Below, one piece after another: positions 59,567-64,000 of a DNA stretch of 64,000 nt; the stretch's first letter is position 1; every line of letters starts with the position of its first letter. The notes beneath the pieces were generated by a model. That model was not told where the DNA came from and searched no databases. It saw only the letters and a program-made list of their open reading frames with translations. The stretch is from the human T2T-CHM13v2.0 reference genome, Homo sapiens. Both the position numbers and the translations under genes were made by a program. The stretch lies in the NCBI RefSeq assembly GCF_009914755.1, contig NC_060935.1, one strand, 5' to 3'.

Positions 59567-59725
59567 CTCTTTATCTTCAAATGCCATTGATGCAGCACAG
59601 TTGTCACAAGAAACCTGTCTCCTTGGACAATCCTTCAGAATGTGAATATTAATATGGAATTTTTGGAAGGGACGCTGGCATTGGGGACAATCCATAAGAG
59701 CAAACTCACAATGTGCTTGATGATC
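59567..59725 (-). CDS. TRAF6: TRAF6 third coding exon (159 nt, phase 0/0, zinc fingers) ending in a GC donor
   Basis: ttttaattatAG acceptor; [16 protein letters not shown]...AFEDKE. The boundary GAG|GCATGT is needed to keep frame and give 522 aa. Confidence 0.93.
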
Positions 59726-60344
59726 CTATAATTAAAAAAAATAATGGATTAGCATTAGCCAACTCTGAAGTCTTCTACATATAAGCTCTCCTAATCATAT
59801 ACTGTTCTCTTTCAGCAGGCTACTGAACCTACTTTGTCTAATGCACACCACAGAACCATTCACAATATGAACGTCTTTAGCGAATTTTTTAAAATGGTCA
59901 TGGGTTGCAAATTTATACAAAGGATGTGAATTCTCAAGTTCATGCATCCAACTAGCAAAGAGTGTTGGAAAGAAGTCAGATTTCCTATTTATCAATTTAT
60001 TACTGTGTCAAAAAGGCCACTCTCTTTTAAGAGCTAATAAGTAAAAGGAGCAAGTAGTATATCTGCCTTAAACATTTAATTTCAAATATAACACTAAATT
60101 TAATTTCTGGTAAAAATCACCAAGCTAATAATTGATCTATTTAGTATAAAAGCAAATTATTTTATAATCTGATTGTTTCTGTTAATCTGAAACTATAGGC
60201 GTATTCCACTTAGTTCATAATAAAATGCACAATTTAGAAAAACAGAAAAAAGTATAATGAGGATACTGAGATGATTACTTGGGAATTACTGCTTATTTCA
60301 AAATGACAAAAATGAAATTGCAAGATTAAAATGTGACACTTGTA

Positions 60345-60643
60345 TTTTTTTTTTTTTTTTTTGAGGCAGAGTCTCGCTCTGTCGCCCAGGCTGGAGTGCA
60401 GTGGCGTGATCTCGGCTCACTGCAACCTCTACCTCCTGGTTTCAAGTGATTCTCCTGCTTTGGCCTCCTGAGTAGCTGGGATTACAGGTGCACGCCACCA
60501 TGCCTGGCTAATTTTTGTATTTTTAGTGAGAGATGGGGTTTCACTATATTGGTCAGGCTGGTCTTGAACTCCTGACCTCGTGATCCGCCTGCCTCAGCCT
60601 CCCAAAGTGCTGGGATTACAGGCGTGAGCCACTGTGCCTGGCC
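60345..60643 (-). mobile_element. AluS with TSD gacacytgtattt
   Basis: Poly-T followed by gaggcagagtctcgctc...gccactgtgcctggcc. Confidence 0.94.
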
Positions 60644-60949
60644 GACACCTGTATTTAAAATGCTCCTCAGGTTTACTGCAGATAAAGCTTACCAAAAGCT
60701 TATGAAACAATACTGATTTTTTAAAAAAATTACTGCTGGGCAAAGCCAGAGTAGATAAAACAGTATATTTCTGGTTTCTACTTACATTTATATTCAATAA
60801 TTAAAGGGTTGGCATTAATTCAGCAAGAATTTATTAACCAATCATCATATGCTAGGTACTGGCAATACACAGATGGACACAGCAAAGTCCCTATTCTGTA
60901 GGAACTTCCTTTTATACATGTGCTAACAGCTAGAAAAGAACTTTAATAC

Positions 60950-61100
60950 CTCAAGATGTCTCAGTTCCATCTTGTGCAAACAACCTTCATTTGGACATTT
61001 CACCATCAGAGAAAGAATCTCACGTTTTGCAAAATTGTCTGGAAATAGTTGATTTTCCAGCAGTATTTCATTGTCAACTGGACATTTGTGACCTGCATCC
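60950..61100 (-). CDS. TRAF6: TRAF6 second coding exon (151 nt; end of RING, start of zinc finger 1)
   Basis: tttctgttAG acceptor; [11 protein letters not shown]...MELRHLE; GAG|GTATTA donor. Confidence 0.96.
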
Positions 61101-61997
61101 CTAACAGAAACAAAATACACACAATTAGATTTAAAGACTCACATTAGAAAATCCAAACAACTTTAATTCACCATATATAAATTCTCCATTTACTGTTTCA
61201 TAAGTAAAAACAATTTAACATATTATATTGCAGGTCACCAAAACAAACTGTCCTTTTATGGAGAGCTTACAAACTGTTCTTTTATGAAATGAGTACAACT
61301 AGCATACTGATAACCTATCAAAAGCTAAGGGATTTTTATATGGTGGGATAGATTCCAGCTTTTTGAGAAAAATTAGCTGAATAAGGTATTTTGATTGGTA
61401 CAAAATGAAGTGAAAGAATGGGAATTTTGGCAGTCTGGCCTCTGTGTTGTCACACCTATATAATACACTAGAAAGATGGAATATGCTGCTCACAGTACCA
61501 ATAACATGTCTATAATGCAATTGCTCAGTCATAAGTAAAAATTTAAGCACTTAGCAGTACCTCCGTGAGGTCACATTTTAAAGTTTACTCTGAAATAGTC
61601 ACTATAACACTCCAGCTAACAGGCAACAAAAGTTTCCTTTATTTGTATGTCTAGGGTCCAATGTTACAGAAAGTTAAAGGACCTCTATGTCCTGCTTCTC
61701 AGTGGTTTATTCTTTCTTATGATGGAAAAAACTATCCTCAGAAAAAGAAAATGGGATTGTATTGAGATGCACTTTGATTCCTTGAGTGAACATACTCAAT
61801 GAGAAATTTCAGAGCAGTTCCTTTAAGAACACTGGGGCTAAGTGTTCATTTTTAAAAAGCTTACAGGGAGACAGAAAAAAAAAAGCCTCAGACTTCTTTT
61901 TGTGGGTTGTATTTCCTTTTCAGACCACTGTCCCACTACTTTCATGAACATCTTGCTATTAAAAAGCTGCTGAAGATTAGCTACCTTCCTGGGCATG

Positions 61998-62071
61998 GCA
62001 GTGAGCCGAGATCGCGCCACTGCACTTCAGCCTGGGAGACAGAGCAAGACTCCATCTCAAAAATAAAATAA
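61998..62071 (+). mobile_element. Severely 5'-truncated Alu (3' end only)
   Basis: gcagtgagccgagatcgcgccactgcac...ctcaaaaataaaataa. Confidence 0.88.
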
Positions 62072-62464
62072 TGTGGAGGTTGAGAAAAATCTACCCAAAA
62101 TAGATCTTGTTAAGTCAGCGCTGTGTAATACATCTTTCCCCAAAATTGAAACAGCAGACATTATCTTTTGTGATTTAAATTAAGCCAAGTCCCGAGTATG
62201 GATGTAGTTACTCTTAAATTCAAGTTTTATAGAAAAGTTAATGTAAAAGTTGGCAGATAAAAACTTTGGAGACTAACAAATTGCCAGGACAGACTTATAA
62301 TGAATTCACTAATATAACTAGATGGCTATTTATTGAAGAACATAAAATCTGCCCCCCTTCATCCAATTTTTTGTCCTGTATAGGACTCCTTAGTTACCTA
62401 CAAAATTCCCATGTACTTTTGAATTATAGTAAAATGTATCTATTTCCATGGAAATTGCAAGTAC

Positions 62465-63200
62465 TTTCATTCAGTTAAAGCAACCATGATTTACTGATCA
62501 TCTACTATGGGTCAGGCACTATTTCCAGAACTTGGGAAAAATCAAGAAATAAAACAGATCTAATACTTTGCTCTCAAGGAGCTTATCATCCAGTGGGGCA
62601 GACAATAAACACATAAATTATTTGGTGCTTTAGAAGGCAGAAAGTGCTAAGGGAAAAAAGAAAATTAGGGCCAGGTGGAGAGATTGGGATTGTTCGGCAA
62701 GAAAGGTGGAACCACACTGTGGTATAAATACGGTGGTGAGGGGACCTATGAGAAGGTGAGATTTGAGCCAAAGTGGAAGAGTTAAGGGGTTAGCTGTGGC
62801 AAGAGTGTTACAAACAGAAGAGCTAAAGCCACCACTCACCAAGGCAGGAGCATGCCTGACATGTTCAAGGGATAGCAAAGAGGGAATGAATGGGTAGAAG
62901 GACAAAGAGTGCAGCAGAAAAGAGGTCAGGAAATGAATCATGGGCCTATCACACAGGGTCTTATAAGGATTTTAGCTTTTACTCCCAGATACCCTGCTAC
63001 AATGGTCTGAGCAGAGATGACATCATCTTACTTATTTTACTAGGTCCACTCCCGCTGCTGTATTGAGAACAGCCTGGAAGACAAGAATAGAAAGCAGGAG
63101 GCCTGTTAGAGAGCTGGTGGTGAGTCACAACAGGGTGGTAGCAGAGGGAGGAAGTGAGAAGGGACTGGACTTTGGATATATTATGAAGGTAGAGCCTTCA
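62465..63200 (-). mobile_element. L2 fragment
   Basis: atttactgatcatctactatgggtcaggcact...gaaagcagggaggcctgttag-like...ggactttggatatattatgaaggtagagcc. Confidence 0.7.
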
Positions 63201-63679
63201 GTTAATACTTTCTTTAAAAATACTGGTAATTTTACAGTTGACCATACACTTTAGGTAATAAACAAGATTTAACATGCCTAAAATCACAATAACTGATCAC
63301 TTACAGAGTCAGTATTCTTTGTGTGGTTGAGATTATCCTTATCTAGTAGCATCATAATTTAAGGTACATTTAAAAAATACTATTTTCTTTAAAGCATAGA
63401 GTCACTCCCCAGTCTGCATTAGAATTGCTTTAAGTAAAAGTAGCAAATTATTTACTTATTTATCCAAGGGTCAAGAGAGGAGGAGATTCAAGTCACTTTT
63501 CACACAACAGTGGAAACTGGGATAAGAATCTAACTTTCTCAATTTTCTGTCCATTGTTCTTTTTTCCTAAGTAGCTTTTTATGTGTAAGACTACTTTTGG
63601 GATGTTCCATGTTCTATGTAACAATGTTCTCTGCATCTGGTTCTGTTATAGGACACCATTTTTTCTTATGCTCACGTAC

Positions 63680-63975
63680 CTTATTGATTTTATGATGCAG
63701 GCTTTGCAGAACCTATGGCCGCATGGCGTTTGCACTGCTTCTCGTAATGCCATCAAGCAGATGGGGCATTCATACTTGCTTTCCAGGGGTGGGTCAAACT
63801 CTACATCATATCCCTGGATCTCCTCCATAAATGAGCTGGAGAGGTTCCCCGTGCTGGCAGTTCCACCCACACTATCATCTTTTGTTACAGCGCTACAGGA
63901 GCTGGCCATGGCCACACAGCAGTCACTTTCAGACTGGCTGGATCCACAGCTGTTTTCACAGTTTAGCAGACTCAT
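63680..63975 (-). CDS. TRAF6: TRAF6 first coding exon (296 nt; N-terminus and most of the C3HC4 RING)
   Basis: [16 protein letters not shown]...[30 protein letters not shown]; donor AG|GTACGT. A probable CAG acceptor at 64000-63998 leaves 22 nt of 5' UTR. Confidence 0.97.
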
Positions 63976-64000
63976 AGTAACTTGATTATCACTTGCTCTG

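Noticed and set aside
63581-63985. 134-aa + strand ORF
   Set aside because: Antisense shadow of the first TRAF6 coding exon.

Overview
Human (or closely related primate) genomic DNA with two convergent genes, recognised from their translations. On the + strand are the last three coding exons and 3' UTR of PRR5L (Protor-2, an mTORC2 component). On the - strand are all six coding exons of TRAF6, which sum to 1569 nt (522 aa plus stop), and a 3' UTR of up to about 6 kb. The remainder is intronic or intergenic and rich in repeats: Alus, a complete MSTB MaLR provirus, a twin-primed L1PA2-like insertion, older L1/L2/MIR fragments, LTRs and DNA transposons. I see no tRNA, rRNA, CRISPR array or new protein-coding gene; most ORF-track entries are repeat-derived or shadow ORFs. 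The best candidate for an under-described system is a possible RNA-processing switch at the 159-nt TRAF6 zinc-finger exon (59567-59725). Its donor is a non-canonical GC site whose first 12 nt are GCAUG followed by UACUAAC (RBFOX-type and QKI/SF1-type motifs). The exon is flanked by inverted Alus, skipping it keeps zinc-finger register, and the next intron has a read-through stop, AATAAA signals and a weak acceptor. This is a motif-based hypothesis, not demonstrated function. Repeat subfamily names and old-repeat boundaries were assigned by eye from remembered consensus sequences and are approximate.
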